From Eledone cirrhosa (lineage: Eukaryota): a DNA stretch of 64,000 nucleotides. Below the pieces are notes generated by a model. That model made no database searches. It was not told the DNA's origin and saw only the letters and a list, made by a program, of their open reading frames with translations. The position numbers were made by a program, and so were the translations under genes. Positions 1 through 13,627 of the stretch are shown piece by piece (position 1 is the first letter of the stretch; each line of letters begins with the position of its first letter). The DNA is taken from assembly GCA_964016885.1 (NCBI GenBank), contig OZ024743.1, positions 170,500,001 to 170,564,000 of the forward strand. The letters run 5' to 3'.

Positions 1-83
1 ATCTTTAATACTCAAACTGCTAAATTATGGGACAATGACTGCACCTGTTGTTAACATAAATACAAGCATGAACACATATATAT

Positions 84-232
84 CTACGATGGGCTTCTGC
101 ACAGTTTCTGACTACTAAATTTCAATGAGAAAGCATCGGTGAAACTGAGGCTAAAGAAAAAAAACATTTGCCATGTAGTGTGACTGAATCTGAAACTATG
201 TGGTTGTAAAGAAAACTTCTTGACTACACATT
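84..232 (-). mobile_element. Degenerate tRNA/CORE-like SINE
   Basis: gaaactgaggct CORE-like segment. A related + strand copy lies at about 26115-26270. Confidence 0.45.
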
Positions 233-778
233 TGTGCCTGTACCTATATTTGTAGTATCATCTTTAACTCTTTTGTTGCTTGTTGGTGTAGCTGTTGTTA
301 TTGGTTGTTATTGTTGTTTTAGTCAGTCCTATGTGAGCAAGTCTACAATCAATGATATTCCAGCCATAGCCATTCCCTCTAATTTTGTTTTTGTAGACTA
401 TACTACAATATTCAATATATTCTTTACTTAAGATGGTATGATTTGAAGGAGATTTGGCTGCTATATCTCAAGTAAGTTGAGTGAACACATAGAAGTTCCT
501 TTGTTGTTGTTATCCTCAACTCAATGATGATCAAGCAGGGCTGATTCTCATGATAGGCGACCTAACTAACCTTCGAATCTTATTTTTCCTTTTTTTTTTA
601 TTTTAGCCTCAGTCTACCCAGGATTATATTATTCAATGTGTCCCCTATTTTTTAAGATATTAGACATGGTTGGGTAGGAATTTAATTACTATTTCAAGAA
701 GATCAATTCACCCATGAGAAGCCTAAGAGTTAGCTTGTTGACACTATCATTTTTTCTGTTGAGTGTGTGAAGCAGATT

Positions 779-1270
779 AAATATCCATCTATATATCATC
801 CAGATCAAATATCCATCTATATGTCATCCATATCAAATATCCATCTATATGTCATCCATATCAAATATCCATCTATATGTCATCCATATCAAATATCCAC
901 CTATATGTTATCCATATCAAATATCCATCTATATGTCATCCATATCAAATATCCACCTATATATCATCCATATCAAATATCCATCTATATGTCATCCATA
1001 TCAAATATCCATCTATATGTCATCCATATCAAATATCCATCTATATGTCATCCATATCAAATATCCACCTATATGTTATCCATATCAAATATCCATCTAT
1101 ATGTCATCCATATCAAATATCCATCTATATGTCATCCATATCAAATATCCATCTATATGTCATCCATATCAAATATCCACCTATATATCATCCATATCAA
1201 ATATCCATCTATATGTCATCCATATCAAATATACATCTATATGTCATCCATATCAAATATCCACTTATAT
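779..1270. repeat. 28-bp minisatellite, about 17.5 copies (AAATATCCATCTATATGTCATCCATATC)
   Basis: Direct head-to-tail repeats with no spacers. It produces the three periodic ORFs at 767-1355. Confidence 0.97.
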
Positions 1271-1274
1271 GTGC

Positions 1275-1580
1275 CAACCCTACCCCCACCGCCATCTACA
1301 CCACCCCTTTCGATGTAAAGCTATGTTGGTACCACATCCAGTCCTAAATAAATGAGGTCGTGTAGGTGTCATGACAAAAAGACACACAGTCCACGCTGTA
1401 ATGTGGCCGTGTAGGTAACACGGTAAAAACCTCCCAGTCCACACTGTAAACGTGGTTGGTGTTAGGAAGGGCATCCAGCCGTAGAAAACCCGCCAGACAG
1501 TCCTGAGCAAGACAACCAATCTTGCCTCAAGTGGGACAATTCCCATCCAGACCCATGCTAGTGTGGAAAATGGACGTTAA

Positions 1581-1621
<41 letters not shown>
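1275..1621 (+). mobile_element. 5'-truncated RTE LINE 3' UTR (family B tail) ending in (GAT)n
   Basis: Closely matches the reverse complement of 44650-45110, including ggttggtgttaggaagggcatccagc and the terminal cccatgctag...ggacgttaaatgatgat. Confidence 0.85.
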
Positions 1622-1622
<1 letters not shown>

Positions 1623-1647
1623 TGCATGTGCATGTGTCAGTGATGAA

Positions 1648-1830
1648 GGTTCATGACGTAGTGGTTAGGGTTCGACTCATGATCATGATATTGTGAGTTC
1701 AATTCTTGGCTGTGCATTTTATCCTTGAGCAAGACACTCCACTTCATATTGCACCTGTCTGCTCATCTAGCAAAAATGAATTGTACCTGCAATTGAAATG
1801 GCCAGTCTTGTCTCAAACTGTGTCATAATT
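1648..1830 (+). mobile_element. tRNA-derived SINE (family S2)
   Basis: A-box-like tagtggttagg, B-box-like gagttcaattc, then ccttgagcaagacact. Related copies lie at about 2985-3100 (+), 34568-34820 (+) and 62620-62757 (-). Confidence 0.7.
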
Positions 1831-2259
1831 TAGTAGGTTCTTCAAAATTCATCATTAATTAATTGAAATAGAGTAGGGGTCTCAAATACATGACCTGAAA
1901 ACTATTTTTCAGAACAATTTCTATGTGTAGTGAAGGAAAATTTGAAATGGAAAATGTGTGCCTCTACATTTTGTACCAAGTCACATATCCCACTTACTAT
2001 CATATCTGTATTCATTTTGATGAAAATAAAAGTAAAAAGATAAATAGCAGCCTATCAGCCTACATTAGCATTACAACTGATGGAAATCAAATGCTCCCTT
2101 CCTCATCTCAGTAATGGTTCTTTTGAATCCTTGAGTTCAAAACTCCTGAAATGGAGTGCATTTCATTGGAAATACCATCATGAAATGGCTAAGTCTAGGA
2201 TCCATAGCATTCTAATGGTACTTCATTTTATTGATCACAAAAAGGATGAAAAGCAAATT

Positions 2260-2442
2260 TACTGTATTTCCCGGCATCGAAGACGCTATGTTTTTCCTAA
2301 AATAAGTCTTGAAAATCTACCATGCATTCTGGAGGCTGAAGGTTGCATTTTTTATGTTTGTTATTTTTTTTCAAATTTTTGGTTGTCAAAAGTAGGGTGC
2401 ATCCTTGAGAACGAAGCATCTTTGATGCCAGGAAATATGGTA
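2260..2442. mobile_element. Tc1/mariner (pogo-like) MITE
   Basis: Imperfect ~27-bp terminal inverted repeats (tactgtatttcccggcatcgaagacgc / gcatctttgatgccaggaaatatggta) with TA ends. Confidence 0.7.
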
Positions 2443-2946
2443 ATCCTTATGGAATTTTAACATAAAATGCAGAGAACTGCAAGGTATTATGTCCTCCATT
2501 TTAATGACTGCTATATCATTGCTATCCCTATCACTAAAATATACAACTACAACACACACACACACACAACAACAACAACACAACACAGTCACACACAACA
2601 TACACACATACACACAACACACACTTTAGCCCTGCGGGGGAGAGTTAATTAATTGGCCCCTTGACTACTTCAGATTATGGAAGTCAACTAGTTGACAGTA
2701 CTTATGTTATATGCTTACAATGTTGGTGACTAGTAGTAGTCTAAAGGTTTTATTTTTAGGGATATACAACGACAGGGTGTGGCTTTTAGAAGTTGTGGAT
2801 TAATAACTTGACAAAAACTCCAATTAACTGTAAAGGATGAAAAGCAAATTTACCGTATTTCCCGGCGTCGAAGACGCAACTTTTGGAGTATGTGTATAAG
2901 TGTGTGTATACGCATGCAAACATATATTTGTGTGTGTGTGTGTGTG

Positions 2947-2988
<42 letters not shown>

Positions 2989-3309
2989 TTAGTGAGTGGT
3001 TAGAGAATTCGATTTGCAATCGCGAGGTTGTGATTTCAATTCCCAGACCAAGTGATGCGTTATGTCCTTGAGCAAGACACTTTATTTCACGTTGCTCCTT
3101 CTGTCTGGATTTGTGACGGACAGATAGTATTAGCAATTGGAAAGACCAATGGAAACATTGTTTCCTCAATCTGATTTCATGAGCTCCACCTCACCCGTGA
3201 GTTGGGATCTTGTTGAGGTTGGGATCTTGTTGATCGACTATATATATATAATATATATATATAGATAGATATAGATTTATATCGATAGATATATAGATAT
3301 AGATTGGAT

Positions 3310-4560
3310 ACTCCACAGTAGTTGCAACAGTCATCACTTCTATCTTTGCTTCTATAGAGAACCACCATTAGTGCATCTTTCAAGTCATTTGGGACACTTT
3401 TTGGATTAAACATTTGAAGATTTCACCACAGAGACCTCCATCCCTGGTGACTTAACACTATTCAGTTTTTTCATAGCGGTTTTGACTTCCTCTAGGGAAG
3501 GAGTTTCTACCATTACATCTTTGGTAGGTCTGCAAGGAATTGTGTTGACAAACTCCTATTCAATCTCAGAGGGCCTATTTAAAAGTCCGTCAAAGTGTTC
3601 ACGCCACCTGACAAGAATGTCCTTTGGATCCTTATGGAATTCTAGCTGTCCTGAGTGCAAAGAAGTGCAACTGGTGAGGATAATGGCCCATAAATTTCCT
3701 GCAACAAATTATACATCAACTTTGTGTTATTGGAGTCAAAGGCCCTCTGAACCCCTTTGTCATTCTCATCAAACCAGTTTTGATGTTTTCTTTTGACTAA
3801 ACCCAGAACATCCTTGCAGACTTCACACACATGTTTTGAACATAATCTATCATATGGAAAATTTATGTGAGGGACATTGAAGTCCTTGAACGTAGTCGGT
3901 CTACCAGTAACATGTAACCCAGTACAACCTGTTTCATGATCAGGTCGTTGGTGACAATTAAGATGGAGCAGTCATGTAGTGAGAATGGATGATGATCGCA
4001 TCCCTAGGCTGTTCTTGTATGGTGAGCTGGTTGAAGGTAAATAACCGGCACACAAACCAAAATTGATGTATAGGGATTGTATTAAAAGCACAATGAGGAA
4101 GATGAAAATATCAGAGAATGACTGGGAGAACCTTGTTCTAGATAGACTTTCCTGGAGAAAGGCAATACATGATGGGAGGAGAGGATTTGAAAGAAACCGT
4201 GTTGAGCATGAACAACTCAAGCGGTGTGCTTGTAAGGGCCTTGAGTCTAGTTTGTCTAAGTATCTTGGCATGCAGGGTGATTTAACGTATAAAGAATGTG
4301 GCTGATTATGGCTTGAAAGTCATCAGAGAAGCAATGTACATGGGGACACTGTCAACTGTGCATGTATGGCATTTCTGTTTGTGGGGAGTGTGAAAAGGAG
4401 TGTGCCACAGTTGGTAGGCTGAAACCTCATTTGAAAGTGCATCAAAACAGGACCATAACACCTACTACAAGGGGCCTCCATCGTTGCAGCATCTTTGCAA
4501 GTCCCTAGCAGGGCTAAAAAGCCACGTCCATGCTGCTCATGCTTAGGTGTCAAGCGATGG
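3310..4560. mobile_element. Degraded RTE (BovB-like) LINE with an internal inversion
   Basis: The minus-strand part (3310-3830) encodes KRKHQNWFDEND and VPNDLKDA...CNYCGVS. The plus-strand part (about 3960-4260) encodes the C-terminal DDRIPRLFLYGEL...YRDCIK...DRLSWRKAI. Confidence 0.7.
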
Positions 4561-4597
4561 CATTACTCGAAATTGAGTTGCAGCCATCATCATGTAT

Positions 4598-4629
<32 letters not shown>

Positions 4630-4633
<4 letters not shown>

Positions 4634-5170
4634 TATATATATATATATATGTGATGGCTGCAAACTCTGCTAAGAGTATTGCAATCGCTTGTCAGATTAT
4701 AGAGTTTGGTGCACTTTTAGGTTATGGCCAGCCACATGAACCTGTAACATAACCTGAACAAGCAATGCCTGTGATTTGAATGTTTTTTAAGTGGGGAAAG
4801 GCCTTGCGCTCAACCAATCCCATTCTCTGAGCATCAAAAACACTACCCGAAAAGGAGAACTGGTTAACATCATCGGATGCTTCTGAAGCTGCAGGTTTTT
4901 TTTTCAGTTTCCCTGTCTTAGAAAGGTGTGGTGACAACAACTGGGGGCCTTTCACTTCTAGGAGAAAAAAAAACGAAAAGTACTATTTGGATGGCTGTTG
5001 TCTCTGCTGACTTCCTTTGACGGGTCTTGTATTTCATCCCGCAGGGTGTCCAAATATCACCCTCCTCACCAAGCAAGCTTGGTGGAGTTGCCAGTTTAGT
5101 CACCAACGACCCGATCATGAAACAGGTTGTACGGTTACATGTTACCAGTAGCACTTGATGTGACCTGACA
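4630..5170 (-). mobile_element. Dispersed repeat, probable RTE 5' UTR region
   Basis: Its 5' part (gtcaggtcac...tgctactggta...gggtcg...gactaaac...ttggacaccctgc) recurs at about 21683-21840 (+) and 3900-3957 (+). Confidence 0.55.
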
Positions 5171-6515
5171 TACATATATATATATATATACACACACATA
5201 TATATATATATACAAGAGGAGGAAAGAGGGTTTGGGAGCAAGCTGAAAACAACAAAATAAATATACAAGAATTAGCAACAAAAAGTTCCACATTATGACC
5301 TGTCCTTACTATTTCTGGGTCAATGCTTCTCCTTAATTGTATGTTGTTTAGGGGTTCAGAATTTCTTTTTTGGGGGGGTGGGGGTGTAGAATAATTACAC
5401 CATATCCAGGTGGGTTATAAGACATGACTAAAAAGATTAGCACCAGGAAGGGCATCCAGCCATAAAACTTTTGATTTAGAAAGGAACCAGTGATGGATAT
5501 GAAGCTTGTCATGGGGCTCCAGTACTCATCTAGCCCCCATAGGCAACAGCTGTAGAAATGGTGATATTGGTGATGATTATTATTAAAACTGTATTGATAA
5601 AACCTTAAATTAGTGACCAAAGCGTTTTGCTTGGTTGTGGTTGTGATGGTGGTATTGAAAGTAGTAGTAGTAGTAGTAGCAGCAGTAGTAAATATTATTT
5701 TAATCATTTTATTACATATTTCTAATAAAAGATACTACCTATGATTTCAAATAATTTTGAAAATAATTAAGAAATTACTACTTTTCTAATTATAATGATG
5801 TTTTGGAGTATGTCCTTATTGATGAACAAGGGTGGTTTTAGAAGGTTTGCTACCAAAAGAATCCAATTCGACTGCAACTTCCTCAATAACATAAATGTTT
5901 CTGAATCTTCTCATAGAATTCCACTTAAAAAAGCTTGTAATGTTATGGCAAACAAGTAAATATAATAAACATACTATAACAGGAATATATAGATATATAA
6001 TATATTTATAAATCTAATAAATAAGATAACAGGAATATATGTGTATGTTATTTTTTTATTTATGCAAACAAAACCTATTGAAAAATGAACATGGCCATTC
6101 AGCATACATCTGTTTTTTTTTTTTTTTAATACAATCTGAAATTTATATATAATATAATAAAGAGATTTTTGTTGGCTGGTTAGTTGGTGTGTACGCACAT
6201 CACACAAAAATGAAAACTGACAATCAAAAAGAAAGTAAGTAAATGAAAGCAGAAAAACACCCTGTGTATGCTAACCAACCTGACTGCTATTTCTAGCATA
6301 TTGGGAGAAAACTATAAGGGATTCTCTCAGTGTGTCTGTTGTCAGTGATGATCGAGTTTTGCAGGTAGTGTCTCTGTGGAATTGAACTCTGGTTTACACA
6401 CGCACCCACATTTATATATAACTAGACCATTGGGTCACATTCACTTAAAAATAATTTTTAAATAATTAAAATATACACAGACATGTATATAATGTAAAAT
6501 GAAATTGGAAGGCCC

Positions 6516-6547
<32 letters not shown>

Positions 6548-6904
6548 ACTGTCTCCTCTCTCTATGAAGGTACCCGGAAAAACCCTGTATCTCTGGAACC
6601 TGTGCTCCAATTTACGCGAAACTTGTTTTATTATATTTGTATTCCCATTTCAGGGGCAACTTCTTTTCAAAGTATTTTCCCATTATGCGCTGTTTTTACA
6701 GACAAGCACACAATCACAGAGTTTTAGTAGTATATAGATTGTCTATATTTATATATAATATAAAAGATTGAAACTTCCATCATCTTTATGAGAAACCTGA
6801 ACATACTATGGCACACACTTAACAGTCAGGTGAATGATGAACCATCTTCTAGAGGTCACTATTCTTGGAAGCAATCATCAAGGAGAAAATGCATTTATTC
6901 CCAA

Positions 6905-7507
6905 GTCCCTCAAAATGAAAGGCATAGATTAAGAAGAAACGAAGCTTGCGTGCTCCGATAGATGTGTAATAGTAATATACGTGAACGGCAAAGCATAAAC
7001 GAATTGAGAGAGACTGAGCATAAGAGGAATCAAATGCTGTGTGCAGGAGAGGAGTTTGCGTTGGTATGGACATGTGATGCGTATGAAGGATGACAGCTGC
7101 ATAAAAGGTGCAGAGCACTAGAAGTCAAAAGAAGACCTAGGATACACCTCTGGCATCACGCAGTAATACAGAAGACTCGACTTCCCATGGGTACAAGCCG
7201 AAGCTGAAGCATATAGACAATATGCCCCCACCACCTCCCACTGCAAAGTGGTCGTGGAGGTGCCACGGCAAAAAAGCACCCAGCCCACACTGTGAAGTGG
7301 ACATGTAGGCGCCACAGAAAAAAGCACCCAGCACTCACTGTAAATGTGGTTGGTGTTGGGAAGGGTATCCAGCTGTGGAAATCAAGCCAGAATCAATTCC
7401 CGTATGAGCAAGAAAAGGTCAGCTGACTGGACACTGCCCACAACAGGACAATCCGTCTAACCCATGCTAGCATGGAAGAACGGACATAAAACGGTGATGA
7501 TGATGAT
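6905..7507 (+). mobile_element. 5'-truncated, internally deleted RTE LINE (family C) with (GAT)n tail
   Basis: Remnants of RWYGHVMRMKDD, and a 3' UTR closely matching 40730-41095. Confidence 0.85.
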
Positions 7508-8619
7508 TTTTCACACCCCCTTTCTCTACTCAGCTGCTGTTCAAATTCTCAAGACTTCAGTGCCCTGTTAGAGCCAGTTTTCTATGATCATAAATAAAGC
7601 TCAGGGTCAGAGTCTCAAAGTTGTAGGATTGAGTATGAGAGAATCAGTTTTTACCCATGGACAGTTATATGTAGGTTGTTCATGAGTGGGGACTCCTAGA
7701 AATCTTCAAGTATATGAAGATGCATGAATGGTAGAACGAAGAATTTGGTGTATCTGGAAGATTTTTTACTGTTTCTTTTTTTGTCACACACACACACACT
7801 CACATCATGGTCTCACCTCGTACTGTAAACCAGACAACATATCCAAGACAGTCTTCTGTTATCATCTGTTACCCCGGATGAAGCTCAGCTTGTAGAATAT
7901 AAAATATTTGGCAGGCCTTCAATTTAGTCAAATTTTTAATAAGGGCTTTCTATTTTTCCTTAGTCTACATAGTTTTATATTTTTTTTACTATATTTCTAA
8001 TGAATAAGACTGCCAATGTGTTTCAACTCATTTTGAAATCAACATTCATATATTCATATATTCATATATAACATGAGAAATATGTGAAAATAAAATTGAT
8101 GGTAAAATGTGGAATCAGCTTATATTCAAGGTCAATATTTTGTAATTTTCACCAGCTTCAAAGTTCTACATAAATTAGGTGCCAAAATACTTGGTTTCTC
8201 TTTTGATATGACTTTTGGCATGAAGTTCATATTTCCTATTATTTTTTTTTTGCTTTGAATGAATATGGCCTTCAAGACATTGGTTTAAAAAATCATTACG
8301 TAATGGAATTCTGAAACAAAAACTAAATGACACTTAAAATATTTTAAATATTGGAACATTAAAACTTCATAAATATATTCTTTACTCATGAGAATTTCTA
8401 AACATAATGAGTTGATTACCTGCCTTGGCTTATAAACAGGGTCTGGATTTTACCTATTTCCCAGGCATAAAATAGTGAGTCAGCTTATATTCAAATCTAT
8501 ACAATAACTGATTTTCTTATGGTGTTTGGAACATAACTGAACAAAAATTACTTGCATAAAATTCTGATAGAAGGTTTTGATATAAGTATGAACACTTTTA
8601 GAAAAGACAGTTCCGGATC

Positions 8620-8810
8620 ATGACTGGCAGGTGTAAAATCAGTCAGCTGGAATTTGCAGACGACATGGTGTTACTTAACTCGACAGAAGGTGATCTCCAA
8701 CTTGCACTTGATATGTTTGATGCTGAGTGCTGCATGGCTGGAATGAAAATCAGTGCTGTGAAAACTGAGACACTCATCCTCTCAAGGAAGCCTGTGCAAT
8801 GCACTCTGTG
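8620..8810 (+). mobile_element. RTE-like RT fragment
   Basis: QLEFADDMVLL...GMKISAVKTE. A related - strand copy lies at about 38030-38390. Confidence 0.7.
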
Positions 8811-8859
8811 TAACGAGGGAATATTACACCTGATTAAGAAAAATATGGTCATCTAAAAT

Positions 8860-10020
8860 CTCTGCGTACAATAAAACAGTGACTCACCAATGTTTGGCAT
8901 ACAAGATTGGACGATAAACGAAATCCGAGCAATTGATGTTAAAACCTGAAAAATCCTAAACAACACCAGAAAATTCCACATAAACAGTGACATAAACCAC
9001 CTCTACTTGAAATGCAAGCAAGGAAGCAGAGGCTCAGTCCATAAGTCCAAACAGCATTTGAGTGTCACAACATATCCCTCCGACATCTATGAACCTCCAA
9101 GTGTAGGAGCCCATCTATTGAGCAAGTCTGTATGCATAAGACATGATCATGAGAGCTGGAAGGGAACTCATTGAAAGATACTCCTTGCATTCGCAATGGA
9201 TGAAATACTGCATGCTTATCAGCAAAAAATCATGCAGGGATATGTTGCTAGGAAGCTCCAGAGTGAGAGTAATATAGATAAACAAAGTAGTCTATCTTGG
9301 ACCAACAACCGCTATATTGGCTCCCACTTTGAAGGATATGTTTTGCAAACCAGGAACAGGAAATCAACACAAAATACCTGATTCACAAAAGAGATAGGGA
9401 TGCAGGAAAAACATCTAGATGTGACAACAAATGCAGACTCTGCAGAATTAACATCGAAGATGTCACCCATGTCATAAGCAACTGTCCAAAGATGTCATCA
9501 TCAAAGATGTCATCTACTTCTTGAGACATGATGTAGTGGCCAAAACACTATAAAATTATAAAATGCAATCCGTAGAAAAGATAGCCCCAACATGTTTATA
9601 CATGTTAAAAATTACAGCAATGTGGAAGATATATATACATAATATGAAAGGGTACTAGTGGAATGTTCCAGTCAAAACCCCAATAAAATGCAAGCATATA
9701 ATATGTGACAGGGAAAAGAAGGCGTGCACAGTAGTGGAAGTTAACTGCCCAGCGGATGCCAATATAATATTAAAGATTAGCGAAAAGGAGAATATCTATG
9801 AAGAACTAATGAGAAATTTACAGATACTCCACCCTGACTATACCTTCAGGTTTATACCTGTGATTATTGGATATGTTAGTAACTGCTGCAGTACAAATCT
9901 TGAGAAGCTGGGCTTCACAGAACCAGAAAGAACATGACTAGTTAGGAATTTACAAGTACAAACCATTAATGGAACAGTAAATATATGTAAAACATTCCAA
10001 ACATTCTGCATGTAATAACT
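8860..10020 (+). mobile_element. Degraded RLE-type (R2/R4/NeSL/CRE group) non-LTR retrotransposon 3' half
   Basis: CRLC...THVISNC zinc knuckle, RHDVVAK, and VEVNCP...RFIPVIIG endonuclease remnants. Confidence 0.7.
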
Positions 10021-11214
10021 GCATGTACACATGTACAGGTACAAAACATATGCACATGCACACATAACTCAAAACATCCACATCCACAATATGCATGCAT
10101 GCATTGCATACATACATATCTACCTAGTAGATGTCTAAATTCCAATGAAAGAGTCTTATATCTATGTTAGAAACTGACTCTCTCTCTATTGGTAAAAATT
10201 TATGAAATTATAAAACCAGAAGAACATACACGCATACAATCATTTACATGCAATTTGGCTGTTGTAGATCCAGTGGGGGAGGAAGGCTCAGCATGGTGTT
10301 ACTCACTTATCAAAAGTGGTAACAGGTCTATCTAACTGTCCCTCTTTAGCCAAAGCCATGGGCAGAACAATCACAATTTACCCCCTGGTTTAGGGATCAA
10401 TCCTATGTGGCCTTATGACTATGAGGTCAAACTCCTAACCACTAGGTTATGCACCTTCAGCATTTGTGGGTATGGGGCAGAAGAATTATTTTCTCATTTT
10501 TCATGACATTGTCTCTTAACCCCTGCCATTGCCACTTCCCATCTCATCACCATAATTACTCTTAATCTATTACCACTACCACCGCCACCAATGTACATAA
10601 ACAAACATACACATGCACATGTTCTCCATATACTACTACAAGGGAGCTGATTTTCAGTATAGCTACCCTCATTAGCAGATCTCTCTATCTAGTGGATGTA
10701 GGAGAAGATATGGTAGTGGGTGGGTTGGGTTCCATCCAGGTGTTTACTGTCAATATAGTGGAGGTAAGGGTTTTTTACCATCTTCTGTTGCCTCTGTTTG
10801 TATGTGTGTTTGTGTCTGTGCAACTTCAGTGATGTGGTGTGGTCTGGTGGGGTATTTAGACTGCCTGCCACCACCGTCACTTCCAACTACATAACAAAGC
10901 TCCAGCTAATGCCAGTCTCTACCATCACCTCCTTTGCACCATCATCCTCACCAACATCATAACTATCATTACCATCATAATTCACTATCACAATCATTTC
11001 ATTGCTAACATCGCCACCATCCACCATCGCTGTCAACATCATCTTCATTATCATCATCATCTTCACTACCAATGTTATCTCTTCTCCATCAATACCATCA
11101 TCACTGTCACAGTTGCAGCTGTACCAGCAATGTAATGAACAGAGCATATCAGAGTTTAACTGTGTATATAGTGTTATTTGACAGCTTGGTTGGTATTACT
11201 TTTTCTTCGCCCAC

Positions 11215-11580
11215 TTTTACCTGAGAGAGTCGAGCGGGCAGAATCCTCCAACACTCCTTCCAGTAGATCCTGTCAGAAGCAACTGGCTCCAACTGATCTG
11301 GCTGGATCCCCAAGCAAGACCAGCTGAACTCATGGATGTTATCCAATCATCTTTCTCGGGGTCCGCCCCTGGGTCTCCTGCCAGTTGGTTTTGCCCACAA
11401 AATCTGTCCAGTGATTCTTCCCTGAGACATTCTAACTACATGCCCATAGTATCGGAGCTGTGATCTCTCAATTCATAGAAGTAGTTGCTCTACTTGGAGT
11501 AACTCTCTGATTTTCAATCTATGCACTCCAAAGACCCTTCGGTGGAACCTCATTTTGGCCGCTTGTATTCACCGTTCTTA
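11215..11580 (-). mobile_element. RTE-like LINE C-terminal fragment
   Basis: LRYYGHVVRM...RPRERxLDNI...ASDRIYW. Related copies lie at 25270-25420 (+) and 37620-37920 (-). Confidence 0.7.
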
Positions 11581-11925
11581 TTTTATTTACATTCTAAATA
11601 ATGTAACTACTGCATAACAGGCTTTTATCATGATAGATCTCATATTTATGGCACAGTGCAAGACTTGCATTCATGTATTAGATACATGGAATGAAATTAA
11701 ATAGATCTCCATTAGTTTCAACAATGAGTCTTCTAGTTGTTCGATCAACAGAATAGCCTGCTTATTAAATTAATGTGTAAATGGCTGGACCCTTAACATA
11801 ATACTTGGAGAGGTTCAGCATGACACAGTGTATGACAAGGTTGGCAGCTATTTTTAATTACTGGTACAGTCCATAGAAACTGCTTCAATACAGTTTCCAT
11901 CTACCCAATTGTCCTAAGATAGGTA

Positions 11926-13115
11926 AATTTCTTTATTAGCCACAAGGGCATAAAAGAAGGGGACAAATACAAATGGGGAGTTTACATACAGGTATATGAA
12001 AATAAAACTATTAATAAAATAACAAATAACAATTGAAATCCCCAATAGGGGGAGGCATTACACAGGGGTTGTACACACCCCGAAAAAATGTACAACCCTC
12101 ATCTCCAGGAGCACCAAGAGTGAGTACTCCCTTCCTCTCTTCCTCTTTTTCCTCAACCTACAGGCTTATATAGAGAGAAGGCCCAACCACTCGGGCTATC
12201 TTTGCCACATTCACCCATCTTTTATAAAATTTGCTGGGGTACAGCACCTCTCTCTCCATCCTGATTCTTCTTCCAAAATGATATTTGAAAAAACGAATCA
12301 GTTGTTCGCCGGAGAGAAAGGTGTCTGACCTAAGCCCTTTTAACCTCGTCCACCATATAACCTCTTTCACCATAGCCATAACACATAGGAAAACCGTCTC
12401 TCCCTCGTTTTTGAAGGAGGGTGGCGGTTTGATCATGGCAATGGACTCGGTGGTCAACTGGATTGGTCCCACCCACGACAATAGTCATTCTACATAGCCC
12501 CACAGGTCGGTAACACCCGGGCAGTGTACACATGTGTGTGCGACGGTTTCCTCGTCACGCACGCATCTCGGACAGATCTTTTTCGAAGGGTCCCTGCCCA
12601 GGCGCCCATGTCTGTTGAGCTTGTCTCGAACTGGTAGAGCTCCTCGGTAGCACTGCCAGGCCAGGGACTTTTGGAAGTTGTCCATTGGTCCCGGACGGAA
12701 GGTCCTACCGAACAGACTGGCCAGTTCGTCCTCCTCTACACCTAGAGTTTCTCCAAGCGTGTCGTCGCACTTACTGCGGACCAACCTTCTATAGGATGTC
12801 GAAGTGGAGTCTCCACTGATCGCCGGGTCTGTTTGCCAGAGGACTGTGAGCGCCTGAGCACATTCGATGTGCCACTCGCCCATTTTCCTCGGTCTTTGCT
12901 TGATCCAGGACTGCAGCTCGGTCAGCGAGACGAGTCGTGGGAAGGCTCGCTTCACGAACGGGGCCCACACCGGTTGTCCGGTGAGGAATATGTGGAGGTG
13001 CCGCAGCCTGAGCGCGTGTTTGCGCATCGTCAGCCACGGCATCCCCAGCCCTCCATTTGAAGGGTGTTGGCAGCAGATGGATCTTCTCACCAAAGGAGCC
13101 CGTTTCTTCCAAAGG
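11926..13115 (-). mobile_element. 5'-truncated Tx1/L1-clade LINE with 10-bp target-site duplication
   Basis: ORF with GGLGMP and zf-RVT CPRC...ETVAH...C. The 3' end reads gtggctaataaagaaa. The flanking repeat aagataggta occurs at 11916-11925 and 13116-13125. Confidence 0.85.
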
Positions 13116-13627
13116 AAGATAGGTAGATAGCTAAATATACCACCAGTGACCTGCTTGTCAACACTGAGAGAGAGAAGGTTAGGTAGGGAGGAATATATCA
13201 AATTACCATTTCCATGTCAATGTTAGCAAGTTAGCACAAAGTTGTCAAGCGTTGTGTTTCTTTATAAGTATATATATGTGTGTGTACATACATATATGTA
13301 CATATATATATATATGTATATTTGTACTCACATACACCTTTTTTGTCTTCATTTTATTTGTTTCTTACTGTAGTATTTGTTGTCCTTATTTTCCTTTTAA
13401 GTCTCCTTCTCTCTACCTTACTTTTGTATTCCACATGTTACCAAGAACTAGGCCAACTTAAACAATTGCTTCATAACCACAGACAGCCGTTAGAAATAGT
13501 GCAAAACCGTATTCTACTTTTGCTTTCTCTCTTTCTCTCTGCCTCTCAAACTCTCTGCATTTATTTATGCACTCAGGAGACTATGAACTTTGGAAGGGTT
13601 AGGATATTTATTATTATTATTATAAAG

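Noticed and set aside
779-1270. CRISPR array or repeat-protein gene
   Set aside because: The 28-bp units are contiguous with no spacers, the context is eukaryotic, and the ORFs are by-products of the periodicity.
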